64,000 nucleotides of DNA from contig JBAZMD010000001.1 in NCBI GenBank assembly GCA_041649955.1, forward strand, positions 4,079 through 68,078, read 5' to 3'. This document shows, piece by piece, positions 37,594 to 47,474 of this stretch. The translations under genes were made by a program, and so were the position numbers. The notes under the pieces are model-generated. The model worked only from the letters and a program-made list of their open reading frames with translations. It was not told the DNA's origin and did no database searches. This DNA comes from Patescibacteria group bacterium. GTDB lineage: Bacteria > Patescibacteriota > Patescibacteriia > UBA2591 > JAQUPP01. Position 1 is the first letter of the stretch, and the number at the start of each line of letters is the position of its first letter.

Positions 37594-38793
37594 TTAATTA
37601 TTTTTTCTTATTTTAAATCTTCTTCTAAGTAAAGGATCAATAAAGACATCTGTTTTAGGAAATTTTTTCTCGGCTATTTTTTTTAATTCTTCCTGAGCAA
37701 TAATTCTTGCTTTTTCAAACTCAATTTCTCCTTGAAGCCGGCGAGCTAAAACAAGATTATCAACATCTTCAATATCCAATTTTTTTTCTTTTGCCAATTC
37801 TTCAATCTTACTTTCAAATGAAGGAAAGGTGGCTGTTTCTTTATCCCAATTTGCCGATTTGACCAATTTACCGATTTCCTCATCATTGATTCCGAGCGCT
37901 TTTAATCTTTCAACTTCTGTAATACCACTGATTAAAACATCAATATCTTTAAAACCATACCTCTCCTCTAAGTGCTCAATTAATCTAGAGGATGGCCATT
38001 TTTTAAAGCCAGCCATTTCATCTGATTTATAGGCTTGTATTTCTTCAAGAGCAAAACGAGGTTTTTCTCTTCTATATTTGACCAAACTATGAAGAATAAG
38101 TAACAGATTGGGTAAAACAGTATATAAAGAGATTGCTTCAAAGGGAGTTATAGGGCTTAGTTGAGAAGCATGATGTGATTCATAGCCCGAATTAGACCAT
38201 TGCAGATTATGGGTTAACTCATGATCTAAAGTGCTAACAGCTTTAACATTCGGATAATCATATTCACCATTCATAAAACTTCCATAAGTTGCTATGCTCT
38301 CCCACATTTCTCTTTTAGGTGGCGCCGAATTTTTAACAAAAACAATTGGATGTCCTAGTCTCTTTTTTATCCATCCTATCGTAGGGGATGAAGAATGAGC
38401 TTTTCCATTTTTTCCTTCATCCTCTTTGCCAAATTTAAGTGATACTCCATATTTACCATTTTCAATGCCTTGACTGAGATTGTAAATAATACCTGTTTCT
38501 TTTAACTCATCAAAAGCTTTGGTTTCTTTGGTAATTCTCTCTACTACCTTGGGCCATCCTTGTTCAACCTCTTTATCGCTAAGCGTCTCATCTAATGCGA
38601 GATCTTTGTCTTCCTTCTCCTCTGGACATAACATAAATGTTAAATCAAGAGAATCTAATATTTTCTTTTTTCTTAGTTTTTCTCTTTCTTTAATCAAAGC
38701 ATTAAAATTTATATCTAATTTACTTTCAGTCTCGCCTTTTTTCATCGCCCCTCTTTGCTCGGGAGTTAAAAATTCTCCTCTTTCCATATTCAT
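37594..38793 (-). CDS. Hypothetical soluble protein with an HExxH motif (possible zincin-like metallopeptidase)
   Basis: LDHELTHNLQW motif. No signal peptide or TM helix. No family recognised. Confidence 0.45.
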   Translation of the reverse strand: MNMERGEFLTPEQRGAMKKGETESKLDINFNALIKEREKLRKKKILDSLDLTFMLCPEEKEDKDLALDETLSDKEVEQGWPKVVERITKETKAFDELKETGIIYNLSQGIENGKYGVSLKFGKEDEGKNGKAHSSSPTIGWIKKRLGHPIVFVKNSAPPKREMWESIATYGSFMNGEYDYPNVKAVSTLDHELTHNLQWSNSGYESHHASQLSPITPFEAISLYTVLPNLLLILHSLVKYRREKPRFALEEIQAYKSDEMAGFKKWPSSRLIEHLEERYGFKDIDVLISGITEVERLKALGINDEEIGKLVKSANWDKETATFPSFESKIEELAKEKKLDIEDVDNLVLARRLQGEIEFEKARIIAQEELKKIAEKKFPKTDVFIDPLLRRRFKIRKNN

Positions 38794-38803
38794 AAAAATT
38801 TAA

Positions 38804-39430
38804 TTATTGATTTAATAATTCCACAATTTTTTGTCCGAATTCGGAAGAAGCGGCCGGGCCATTAGCCGTAATAATTTTTCCGTCAGCAACCACTGTTTGA
38901 TTTATATATTCGGCGCCATCGGCTCTCAATACGTCAATTGACGTTTTATCAAATTCATCAGTCCAAACCGTCGCTTTTTTACCGGATAATACTCCGGCTT
39001 TGGCTAAAATTTCCGGAGCAATGCAAATAGCGCCTAAAATTTTTCCTTCGCTTATCGCTTGCTGAACCAATTGATGAACATTTTTATTTTCCGCATATTC
39101 AAGCGCTCCCGGTCCGCCGATAAAAACAAGGGCATCAAAATTTTTAATTTCAACGTCCTCTATTTTTTTATCAACTTTAATTGTATCTCCTGATTTTGAA
39201 ATAGCTTGATCGCCTTTTAAATCGGCGGTTGCAACAACGATTCCGGCTTTTTCCAAAACAGCCCTGGTTTCGCTGTATTCAAAATCCTGAAAACCTTCGT
39301 CTGCAATAACAATAACCGCTTTTTTGTCAGTGGAATTTTCCATATTTTTTTTCTTTTCTATTTTAGTACAGCCTGATAAAAAAAACAGAGTTAAAAAAAT
39401 AGCAAAACAAAGGAAAATTTTTGACCTCAT
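38804..39430 (-). CDS. DJ-1/PfpI family lipoprotein
   Basis: Lipobox FFLSGC. Core with a conserved Cys (ICIAPEIL) typical of DJ-1/PfpI. Confidence 0.75.
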   Translation of the reverse strand: MRSKIFLCFAIFLTLFFLSGCTKIEKKKNMENSTDKKAVIVIADEGFQDFEYSETRAVLEKAGIVVATADLKGDQAISKSGDTIKVDKKIEDVEIKNFDALVFIGGPGALEYAENKNVHQLVQQAISEGKILGAICIAPEILAKAGVLSGKKATVWTDEFDKTSIDVLRADGAEYINQTVVADGKIITANGPAASSEFGQKIVELLNQ

Positions 39431-39432
39431 AA

Positions 39433-40257
39433 TTAAAATTTAATTTTGTCCACTCCTACTTCTATTTTTTCGTCTTTAATTCTCACTACCACGGTTTGTT
39501 TTAAAACATGGCGTTCAACCACTTCTCCCACACCTTCCGCTGTTTTTACTTTAACGCCGATGGCCGGTAATTTTTGAGCCAGCTCTTTATACATTTCTTC
39601 TTCAAAAACCAAACAGCATTTCAATCGTCCGCACATGCCGGTCAATCGATCTGAACCGCGCTGAGTCAATTGCTGCTCTAAAATTAAATTAGTGCTTACG
39701 TTCCCCAATTTTTTCAAAAAACTCATGCAACAAAGCCCTCTTCCGCATGATCCGATATCGCCGATTAATCCCGTTTCTTGCCTGGCGCCGACTTGGTGCA
39801 TTTTAATTGATTTGTGAAATTCCTGAACCAATTCTTTCACGAGTTCGCGGAAATCAATTCTTGACGGCGAAGTGAAAGCAAAAGTCATTTTTCCTCCGTC
39901 AAAGGCGAATAAAACATCAATGATTTTTATCGGCAAATTCGTTTTTTTAATTATTTTCTCACATCTCTTTATCGTTTTATCTTTTTCATTATTCCTTTCT
40001 TCGTATTTTGACAAATCTTCCGAACTGGCTTTTCTTAATATGAAATTTTCGCTTGTTTCATTGCGAGCAGCCTCTTCTTCGGTTTCTTTAATTTCATCTA
40101 TTTTTGTTATTTCTCCCAAATCTCCGCCAATGGAAGTTTTCACAATCACTTTATCGCCAACATTAAATTCCCCCTTCTTTATTTGAAAATCTCCTCTTTT
40201 CTGAATAAATTTATAAGGATTTATCCATGGCGCTACTTGAACAGAAATTACGAACAT
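39433..40257 (-). CDS. PSP1-domain protein (RicT/YaaT-like)
   Basis: GSCGRGLCCMSFL...MCGRLKCCL double-Cys segments of the PSP1 C-terminal domain. Confidence 0.7.
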   Translation of the reverse strand: MFVISVQVAPWINPYKFIQKRGDFQIKKGEFNVGDKVIVKTSIGGDLGEITKIDEIKETEEEAARNETSENFILRKASSEDLSKYEERNNEKDKTIKRCEKIIKKTNLPIKIIDVLFAFDGGKMTFAFTSPSRIDFRELVKELVQEFHKSIKMHQVGARQETGLIGDIGSCGRGLCCMSFLKKLGNVSTNLILEQQLTQRGSDRLTGMCGRLKCCLVFEEEMYKELAQKLPAIGVKVKTAEGVGEVVERHVLKQTVVVRIKDEKIEVGVDKIKF

Positions 40258-40262
40258 AATTT

Positions 40263-40847
40263 TTATAAAGCAAATCTAATAAATCTTTTAACTTTGATAT
40301 TTTCTCCGAATTTGGCGATTTTTTCTTTAACCAAATCTTCAATGACAAATTTATCATCTTTAATGAACGGTTGTTTCAAAAGACAAAATTCACTGTAAAA
40401 TTTTTGCATCTTGCCGTTTAATATTTTTTCAATGACTTCAGCCGGTTTGCCTTTGGGCAGATCAGCGCTGTAAATTTCTTTTTCTTTTTCTAAAATTTCT
40501 TGAGGCACTTCTTCCGGAGAAACCCATTTTGGATTGAGAGCCGCCACTTGCATGGCTAAATTATGAGCCAATTCACCGAACTCTTCATTGCGCGAAACAA
40601 AATCAGTTTCACAAACCAGTTCCAAAAGCACGGCAATTTTTTTATTGGAATGAACATATGCTTCCACAATGCCTTGATTTGTATCTCTGCTTTGCTTGGT
40701 CGCCACTAATTTTTCTCCGCTTTTTCTCAAAGCTTCAATGGCTTTTTCTATATTACCGTCAGATTGCTTTAATGCTTTCTGACATTCAACTATTCCCAAT
40801 CCTGTTTTTTCTCTTAATTGTTTTACAATATCTAAATCTAAACTCAT
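40263..40847 (-). CDS. tsf: Elongation factor Ts
   Basis: N-terminal UBA-like VKQLREKTGLGIVECQKALKQSDGNIEKAIEALRKSG. Confidence 0.85.
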   Translation of the reverse strand: MSLDLDIVKQLREKTGLGIVECQKALKQSDGNIEKAIEALRKSGEKLVATKQSRDTNQGIVEAYVHSNKKIAVLLELVCETDFVSRNEEFGELAHNLAMQVAALNPKWVSPEEVPQEILEKEKEIYSADLPKGKPAEVIEKILNGKMQKFYSEFCLLKQPFIKDDKFVIEDLVKEKIAKFGENIKVKRFIRFAL

Positions 40848-40880
40848 ATATTTATTAATTCAATTAATTTCTTAATTATA

Positions 40881-40970
40881 TTTATAGCAAATTTCGCCTG
40901 AACGAAGTCGCGGAAAAGCTAAGGCTTTGGAGCGTTGAGTGAAGGCGAAATTCGCGACTTTTTATTTAAT
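40881..40970. repeat. Structured intergenic repeat family 3, short copy (rpsB-tsf intergenic)
   Basis: aaatttcgcctgaacgaagtcgcggaaaagctaaggctttggagcgttgagtgaaggcgaaattcgcgacttttt. Contains the nested complementary segments GUCGCG/CGCGAC and AAUUUCGCC/GGCGAAAUU. Confidence 0.65.
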
Positions 40971-41693
40971 TTCTTTCTTTTCTTTAACTTCAACTTTATT
41001 TTTTTCTTTTTGGGCCTTGCCTTCTTTAACCGCCTCGGCCATGAATCTGGTTATTAATTCTATCACCTTAACCGCATTATCATTGGCAGGAATAGCCCAA
41101 TCAACTTTTTCCGGATTGGCATTAGTGTTAACCAGGGCAACAACCGGAATATTGCATCTCTTTGCTTCTTTTAAAGCTGTTTTTTCTTCTTGCGTATCAA
41201 CGATAAAAAGAACATCCGGTTTCTTTGTTAATGATTTTATTCCGCCAACCATTTTCTCCAAAGAAATTAAAGTCTTTTCCATATTAAGCCGTTCTTTCTT
41301 GGTATATTTTTCCCAACCATTCGCTGCTTTTTCTTTTTCCATTTTTTTGAATTTTTCAATCAAATTAACAATGGTTTCAAAATTAGTCAAAGTACCCGGT
41401 AACCAGCGTTCATAAACAAACGGCACCGCAACTTCTTCGGCGTATTTTTTTATAATTTTTTTGGCCGCCGGTTTGGTGCCTAAAAATAAAATAACTCCGC
41501 CCTGAGCGACTTTGTCAGCGATAAAATTCATCGCTTCCTCCATTTTTACGAGAGTTTTTTCCAGATCAATTAAATGAGAAGTGTTTCTGACTCCGTAAAT
41601 ATACGGAAGCATTTTAGGGGCCAATCTGCTTTTTTTGTGTCCTAAATGAACTCCGGCCTCAACTAATTCATCTAAGCTTGGAAGTTTAATCAT
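40962..41693 (-). CDS. rpsB: 30S ribosomal protein S2
   Basis: ELVEAGVHLGHKKSR and the conserved S2 core. Confidence 0.9.
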   Translation of the reverse strand: MIKLPSLDELVEAGVHLGHKKSRLAPKMLPYIYGVRNTSHLIDLEKTLVKMEEAMNFIADKVAQGGVILFLGTKPAAKKIIKKYAEEVAVPFVYERWLPGTLTNFETIVNLIEKFKKMEKEKAANGWEKYTKKERLNMEKTLISLEKMVGGIKSLTKKPDVLFIVDTQEEKTALKEAKRCNIPVVALVNTNANPEKVDWAIPANDNAVKVIELITRFMAEAVKEGKAQKEKNKVEVKEKKEIK

Positions 41694-41781
41694 AGTGTTT
41701 TACGTATAAAATAGTTAATATTAAATTATGTATAATAATAACATAGCCCCTAAAAATAATCAAGCCTATTTTAACCACAGT

Positions 41782-41929
41782 CCCTCACCCTTCAGTGATA
41801 ATCCTCGCCCCCGCATTTTCCGACCATTTTTTTAAAAATAAAAATAAACCTTCTTAAATCAAGAATAAATTAAATAAATCAGTAAAAACGGGCTCGTATT
41901 TGGAAAATGACATCACTGAAGGGTGAGGG
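41782..41929. repeat. Inverted-repeat-bounded element (family 2), with perfect 18-bp arms, abutting the rpmE promoter
   Basis: ccctcacccttcagtgat ... atcactgaagggtgaggg, followed immediately by aTTGACAaaca. Confidence 0.6.
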
Positions 41930-41930
41930 A

Positions 41931-41958
41931 TTGACAAACATATTATCTATGATATCAT
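41931..41958 (+). promoter_or_regulatory. rpmE promoter TTGACA-16-TATCAT
   Basis: ttgacaaacatattatctatgatatcat upstream of rpmE. Confidence 0.45.
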
Positions 41959-41992
41959 ATTATAATAACTTTAATAAATTAATTATATCAAT

Positions 41993-42262
41993 ATGCCAAA
42001 GAAAAATATTCACCCTAAATATCATCCTCAAGCAAAAATGACTTGCGCTTGCGGTTCGGAATTTAACGTTGGTTCAACTGTTCCGGAAATACACGTGGAA
42101 ATATGTTCTGCTTGCCATCCTTTTTATACCGGCAAACAGAAATATATTGATACGGCCGGAAGATTGGAAAGATTCAATAAAATGGTTACCAAATCAAAAG
42201 CGATTAAGGAAACCAAAAAAACCAAAGTTAAAAAAGAATCCGCCAAAGAAAAAAAAGGATAA
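41993..42262 (+). CDS. rpmE: 50S ribosomal protein L31
   Basis: [11 protein letters not shown]...CxC...[10 protein letters not shown] motif. Confidence 0.9.
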   Translation: MPKKNIHPKYHPQAKMTCACGSEFNVGSTVPEIHVEICSACHPFYTGKQKYIDTAGRLERFNKMVTKSKAIKETKKTKVKKESAKEKKG

Positions 42263-42333
42263 AAAATAATTTCATATCGATTGAATTGTTGCCAAAATAC
42301 TATTTGGATAATTTTTTGTTGTAAAATTAAAAT

Positions 42334-43383
42334 ATGGAAAATAATCTCAGCCAATTGAAAGATCAATTAAAATCATTGGAAGAACAATTACAAAGTTCTG
42401 AGATTTACGCTGATCAGGAAAAATTGAAAGAAATTTCTCAAAAATACAATCAATTGAAAGAAACTTATCGCCTATTTGATCAACTCAGAGAAACAAACGA
42501 AAAAATTTTTGAAATTGAAAAATTATCAAATAAAGAAACTCAGCCGGAAATGCTGAGCTTGATCAAAGAAGAAATGGAACAATTAAAAGAAAAGAAAAAA
42601 AGTCTTGAATCAGAAATCAATAAAAAAGAAAAATCTTCCAATATTCCGGAAAGTCGCGGTATAATTTTAGAAATCAGAGCCGGCACCGGCGGCGACGAAG
42701 CGGCTATTTTTGCCGGCGATTTATTAAGAATGTATTCGCGTTTTGCGGAAAAAAAGGGCTGGAAAGTTGGTCTAATTTCATCTCACAAAACAGAATTGGA
42801 CGGTTTTAAAGAAGCTATTTTGGAAATAAGAGGTTCTGATGCTTATCAAATTTTAAAAAATGAAAGCGGCGTTCACAGAGTTCAAAGGATTCCTAAAACT
42901 GAAAAAAGCGGTCGGCTTCACACTTCCACCGCTTCAGTCGCGGTATTGCCTCAAGCCGAACCCGCGGACCTTAAAATAGATTTAAAAGATTTAAAAATTG
43001 ACACTTTCTGCGCTTCCGGACATGGAGGCCAGAATGTTCAAAAAACTTCTTCAGCCGTAAGAATCACTCACTTGCCGACCAATCTGGTTATTGCCTGCCA
43101 AGACGAACGCAGTCAGGGACAAAATAAAGAAAAAGCCATGACTATTTTAAGATCAAGATTATTGGCGTTTAATGAAGAAAAAAAACATAAAGTTTTAGGT
43201 GATCAAAGACGAGAACAAATCGGCACAGCTGAACGCTCGGAAAAAGTCAGAACTTATAATTTCCCTCAAGATAGAATTACTGATCATCGCCTTAACAAGT
43301 CATTTTTCAATATGTTGAATATTTTGGACGGAAATCTGGACGCAATCGTTGAATCATTTGAAGAACAAGAAAATGCTGAATAA
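42334..43383 (+). CDS. prfA: Peptide chain release factor 1
   Basis: GGQ motif (SGHGGQNVQKT) and an RF1-type N-terminal coiled coil. Confidence 0.9.
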   Translation: MENNLSQLKDQLKSLEEQLQSSEIYADQEKLKEISQKYNQLKETYRLFDQLRETNEKIFEIEKLSNKETQPEMLSLIKEEMEQLKEKKKSLESEINKKEKSSNIPESRGIILEIRAGTGGDEAAIFAGDLLRMYSRFAEKKGWKVGLISSHKTELDGFKEAILEIRGSDAYQILKNESGVHRVQRIPKTEKSGRLHTSTASVAVLPQAEPADLKIDLKDLKIDTFCASGHGGQNVQKTSSAVRITHLPTNLVIACQDERSQGQNKEKAMTILRSRLLAFNEEKKHKVLGDQRREQIGTAERSEKVRTYNFPQDRITDHRLNKSFFNMLNILDGNLDAIVESFEEQENAE

Positions 43384-43496
43384 AATTAACCTAATTAACC
43401 TAATTTCTAATTCCTAAACAATAACCTAAACTCAAAATCCCAAATTGAAATACGATTTAGAAATTAGGTCAATTAGAAATTAGAAATTTTATAAAG

Positions 43497-44336
43497 ATGA
43501 CCATCAAACAAGCATTATTGAGAGCTATTCAATCTCTCCAAAAAATAACCAATGAACCTCATTTAGATGCCGAGGTTCTTTTAAGTTTCACTGTAAAAAA
43601 GCCCAAGATATGGCTTTATTCCCATTCGGAAAAAAAATTAAAAAAAACAGAAGAAATAAAATTTAAAAAATTAATCGCTCAAAGAAAAAATGGCACGCCA
43701 ATAGCTTATCTTGTCGGCCATAAAGAATTTTTTGATTTGGATTTTATGGTTGATAAAAATGTTTTAATCCCCTCGCCTGACACAGAATTAATGATTGAAG
43801 AAATTTTAAAATCTGCGGAGGTCCGACCTCCGCAATCCGAGGTTGGACCTCTTATCGCTGATGTCGGCACCGGTTGCGGCAATATTGCCATTACTCTAGC
43901 CAAACATTTACCATTGGCAAAAATTTATGCCATTGATATTTCAAAAGATGTCTTGAAAATGGCAAAGAGAAACGCAAAAAAACATAAAGCAGATAAACAA
44001 ATTATTTTCTTAAATGGCGATCTTTTAAAACCACTGCCTGAAAAAATTGATTTTATTGCCGCTAATTTGCCCTATATTCCTACACAAAAAGCTCAATTGC
44101 TTTTTCATAGTCCGCAGATTGCTTTAAACGGCGGAAAAGACGGTTTAAAATTTTATCAATCTCTGCTTGAAAATGCGGCTGATTATTTGCGGCCAAACGG
44201 CAAAATATTCTTGGAAATAAATTTTAATCAGGCGGAAAAAATAAAAAAAATAATTAAAAAATATTTCCCTCAAGCTGAAATAGAAATAAAAAAAGACCTG
44301 GCCGGCCTAAATCGATTGGTTATTATTTCAATTTAA
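43497..44336 (+). CDS. prmC: Release-factor glutamine N5-methyltransferase PrmC/HemK
   Basis: DVGTGCG SAM-binding motif and the NLPY (NPPY) catalytic motif. Gene order prfA-prmC is conserved. Confidence 0.85.
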   Translation: MTIKQALLRAIQSLQKITNEPHLDAEVLLSFTVKKPKIWLYSHSEKKLKKTEEIKFKKLIAQRKNGTPIAYLVGHKEFFDLDFMVDKNVLIPSPDTELMIEEILKSAEVRPPQSEVGPLIADVGTGCGNIAITLAKHLPLAKIYAIDISKDVLKMAKRNAKKHKADKQIIFLNGDLLKPLPEKIDFIAANLPYIPTQKAQLLFHSPQIALNGGKDGLKFYQSLLENAADYLRPNGKIFLEINFNQAEKIKKIIKKYFPQAEIEIKKDLAGLNRLVIISI

Positions 44337-44347
44337 CATAAACAAAA

Positions 44348-44387
44348 AGAGGAATGAATATAGTTTCATTCCTCTTTTTGTTTATCA
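44348..44387. terminator. Bidirectional terminator (15-bp perfect stem) between convergent genes
   Basis: aaaaagaggaatgaa-tatagt-ttcattcctcttttt. Confidence 0.65.
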
Positions 44388-44390
44388 AAA

Positions 44391-45449
44391 TTAATACACA
44401 AGTTTATGCCGAGGAGAAACGACTTCCACCCAAACCGAACCGGGTAAAAATTCTATTTCTTTATCAAATGTATCATAAAATCTGGTTGATTCCTGAGAAT
44501 CGCCTCTTTGCCATTTGCCTTTGGTTAATTTTCCTTTTTGAAAAATCATCGCTTCTCCGTCCCCTATTGTCGTAATTTCCCGGCGACCGACTTCGTCTAA
44601 AATATTTATTTCTGTTTTTTGAATAATCAAGTTTTTTGTTTTAATTTGCGTTCCGTCCGCGTCAACAAAAGGATTTAAAGTGCCTGTTTTTGAATCAATG
44701 GAAAATCGCAGATAAAAATCGGTTTTTGAATCAAATTTCCAAGCCACCGGATCAAGATAATTAATTTTGATGAATTCACTTGATTCCTGGCTGGTAAGAT
44801 TTATATCATTGGAAAATTTCCAGCCGCTGAAATTTGTTTTTATTTTTTCCGGCAAATTTCTATTTTCTATGGCTTTTTTTATAAACTCGCCTGAAGTATA
44901 CAAATTGCTCGGCGCAACTCTGTTATGATCGCGCCAAAAATACGCGCCGTCTCCGCTGATTTCATTTAAATCATAAATTTTATCTTCTTTTTGATCATTC
45001 TTGATTGTTTTAAGCGCCTGATCGCTTCCTCCGGCATGAATATATAAAGCGCCATATTCTTCGGCCCATCTGACGAAATACGGCCTGGCCGAACGAACCG
45101 GTCCGATTTTATCAGGCAAAGCATCTTGATTGAAAATAGCCAGAAAACGAGTAATATCGGCCTCGGCCGGCGATTCATAAATTATTGAAGCGCTGTTAAT
45201 TCCGCTGACCGGCCGCGAATCAATAAAATTATCCAGCATTATCGCCACGGGTAATTTTATTCCTTCTGAAATCAACGCGGTTTGAGATTCGGCTGCATTA
45301 TTATTTTCCGGGACAACATTGTTTTGACTGGAATTATTCAATTGTTCAGGCGTTGATTTATTGATTGACGGCAAAATTTGTTTTTTCTGGCAGCCACTCA
45401 AAGAAATAATCACTAAAATAAAAATTAATCCCCATGAAAAAAATTTCAT
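44391..45449 (-). CDS. DUF3048 (YerB-like) lipoprotein
   Basis: Lipobox LSGC after MKFFSWGLIFILVII. PVAIMLDNFIDSRPVSGIN...IIYESPAEADITRF matches the DUF3048 core. Start set at the Met giving a proper signal peptide (the track's start at 45542 is longer). Confidence 0.55.
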   Translation of the reverse strand: MKFFSWGLIFILVIISLSGCQKKQILPSINKSTPEQLNNSSQNNVVPENNNAAESQTALISEGIKLPVAIMLDNFIDSRPVSGINSASIIYESPAEADITRFLAIFNQDALPDKIGPVRSARPYFVRWAEEYGALYIHAGGSDQALKTIKNDQKEDKIYDLNEISGDGAYFWRDHNRVAPSNLYTSGEFIKKAIENRNLPEKIKTNFSGWKFSNDINLTSQESSEFIKINYLDPVAWKFDSKTDFYLRFSIDSKTGTLNPFVDADGTQIKTKNLIIQKTEINILDEVGRREITTIGDGEAMIFQKGKLTKGKWQRGDSQESTRFYDTFDKEIEFLPGSVWVEVVSPRHKLVY

Positions 45450-45519
45450 TTTGGGGATTAATTTTATAAATATGGCTTTTCTTTCCTTTAAAAGTTCTGC
45501 CATAAAAAATTCAATAAAT

Positions 45520-46188
45520 TTATTTTTTCTTTTTTTCATCAACTTCTTCAGCTTCCTTTTTCGGCGCTTTTTCTATTTTGGCAACCTCTTCCACTTTTTC
45601 AACCGGTTTTGATTCAAGTTCTTTTAATTCTTCTTCTGAATGAGGCGGTTGAACCATTACCACCATTTCTTCAAGATTATGTTTAACTTTAATGCTCGCG
45701 GGTATTTCCAAATCTTTAATTCTAATCGCGTCGTCAATTTTAGTTAACTTGGAAATGTCAATTTTAATATCATGAATCAAATCATCAGGTAAGCATTCTA
45801 TTTCCAGTTTAGTCATATTGGAAAATAAAATACCGCCCAATTCTTTGACTGCCGGAGATTCGCCCATTAATTTCAATTCCACTTCAACATGAATTTTTTC
45901 TCCTTCTTTGATTTGATAGAAATCAACATGTTCTATTTTATCAGTCAAAGGATGATACTGAATTTCGGTAATAAGCACTTTTCTCGGTTTTTCGCCTTCA
46001 ATCTCCAAATTCAACAAATCACTTTCGCCGACTTGTTTAAAAATTTTCTCAAAAATCAAATAAGGCATCTCAATTGACTCGGATTTTATGCCGTGACCGT
46101 AAACTACGGCTGGTATAATTTCTTGTTTTCTTAAGATTTGAACCTTTTTACCTTTTAATTCTCTCTTTTTTGCATTTAAAGTTAACAT
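45520..46188 (-). CDS. rplY: 50S ribosomal protein L25 / general stress protein Ctc
   Basis: LTLNAKKRELKGKK...VPAVVYG N-terminus and an acidic C-terminal tail. Confidence 0.85.
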   Translation of the reverse strand: MLTLNAKKRELKGKKVQILRKQEIIPAVVYGHGIKSESIEMPYLIFEKIFKQVGESDLLNLEIEGEKPRKVLITEIQYHPLTDKIEHVDFYQIKEGEKIHVEVELKLMGESPAVKELGGILFSNMTKLEIECLPDDLIHDIKIDISKLTKIDDAIRIKDLEIPASIKVKHNLEEMVVMVQPPHSEEELKELESKPVEKVEEVAKIEKAPKKEAEEVDEKKKK

Positions 46189-46222
46189 ATTTTAGTAATT
46201 AGTAATTAAGTTTTATTAAATT

Positions 46223-46250
46223 ATTATATCACCTCCCCTTTTTTTGTAAA
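46223..46250 (-). promoter_or_regulatory. rplY promoter TTTACA-16-TATAAT (minus strand), preceded by GGTGGGGGG
   Basis: Reverse complement reads tttggtggggggTTTACAaaaaaaggggaggtgaTATAAT. Confidence 0.45.
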
Positions 46251-46361
46251 CCCCCCACCAAACAAAAATGTATTTTTTAAATGTGAGCCCCCAATTCAAC
46301 TATACTTAATCTACTTATTGCTATATTAAAAAATAATTTTAAAAAAATACTGGGGCGAACA

Positions 46362-47471
46362 TTATTTTTGTTCTGGTGTGTGGGTAAAGGGCTGATATAA
46401 AAGTATGCTTTCAATAATTGCCAAAATCAGCATACTGACCAACAAAGAGCTTCCGCCGTAACTGATAAATGGCAGTGGAATACCGACAATCGGAAATAAT
46501 CCAATATTCATTCCTATATTTATAATTGCTTGAGAGAAAAAATAAATCACCGCTCCCAAAACAAAAATTTGACTGAAATTATCATAAGCGCTTTTGGCGA
46601 TTTTAACAAGACGGGAAATAAGAGCAACATAAAAACCCAAAAGCAAAATGCTGCCCAATAATCCAAATTCCTCGGTTAATGCCGCGAAAATAAAATCCGT
46701 TTCACTGGCCGGCAAAAATCTTAATTGACTTTGCGTTCCAAGGCCGAATCCTCGTCCGAAAATCTGGCCTGAACCGACCGCGATAGTCGACTGCGTAATC
46801 TGATATCCTCGGCCTGCTTGATCGCTCTGCGGATTTAAATAAGTTAAAATACGGTCTTGCTGATAATCTTTTAAAAAAAATGACCAGCCCAAGGCGCCAA
46901 TCAAAATTATCATCAATAATAATCCCAAAATATGCTTTTTATTTCTATCCATCATTAAAAGAAGTCCAAACCAGAGAATTACTATCATCATGGCCGAACC
47001 GAAATCCGGTTGGCGCATAATTAAAAATAACAAGGGAAGAATTATGATAAAACTGACAATAATATGATTAACTCTTATTGGCTGCCGACTAAAACCCCAA
47101 AACTGAGCCAGTGCCAAAAGCGCTGCCAATTTTGCCAATTCAATTGGCTGAAAATTGAAAAAACCCAAATTAAACCATCCTTTTACGCCGTGAGAAACTT
47201 GTCCGAATATCAAGACGCCCAAGAGCAATAATACGACTAAAATATAAAAAACCAAGTTAATTGCTTTGATAAAACGGAAATCCAAACAAGTTATGATAAA
47301 AAATAAAATAAGCCCGGAAACCGCAAAAATAGATTGTTTGACAAAATTACTGGACTTAAAATTTACTTGAGAAAGCGAAAGACTGTATTGAATGCTTAAA
47401 CCGATAATAATTAAAAGAACCATTAAAACAAACAAAGTGCTGTCAAAATTTTTTAAACGGCTAAATAACAT
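46362..47471 (-). CDS. SEDS-family peptidoglycan glycosyltransferase (RodA/FtsW)
   Basis: Ten-TM SEDS architecture with a conserved C-terminal GGSSLL region. Confidence 0.85.
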   Translation of the reverse strand: MLFSRLKNFDSTLFVLMVLLIIIGLSIQYSLSLSQVNFKSSNFVKQSIFAVSGLILFFIITCLDFRFIKAINLVFYILVVLLLLGVLIFGQVSHGVKGWFNLGFFNFQPIELAKLAALLALAQFWGFSRQPIRVNHIIVSFIIILPLLFLIMRQPDFGSAMMIVILWFGLLLMMDRNKKHILGLLLMIILIGALGWSFFLKDYQQDRILTYLNPQSDQAGRGYQITQSTIAVGSGQIFGRGFGLGTQSQLRFLPASETDFIFAALTEEFGLLGSILLLGFYVALISRLVKIAKSAYDNFSQIFVLGAVIYFFSQAIINIGMNIGLFPIVGIPLPFISYGGSSLLVSMLILAIIESILLYQPFTHTPEQK

Positions 47472-47474
47472 AAT

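Noticed and set aside
42069-42269. Lys-rich 66-aa ORF overlapping rpmE in another frame
   Set aside because: Out-of-frame overlap with a clear L31 gene. Its low-complexity K-rich translation comes from the A-rich rpmE 3' end.
43384-43496. Possible CRISPR array suggested by the repeated aattaacct / cctaaac units
   Set aside because: Only two or three short units with no regular repeat-spacer periodicity, no cas genes and no leader. These are simple tandem/inverted repeats.
44391-45542. Long start for the DUF3048 lipoprotein (adds MMKKRKNKFIEFFMAELLKERKAIFIKLIPK)
   Set aside because: The internal Met at 45449 yields a canonical lipoprotein signal peptide with an LSGC lipobox. The extension overlaps the rplY 3' region. 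Kept as a possibility only.
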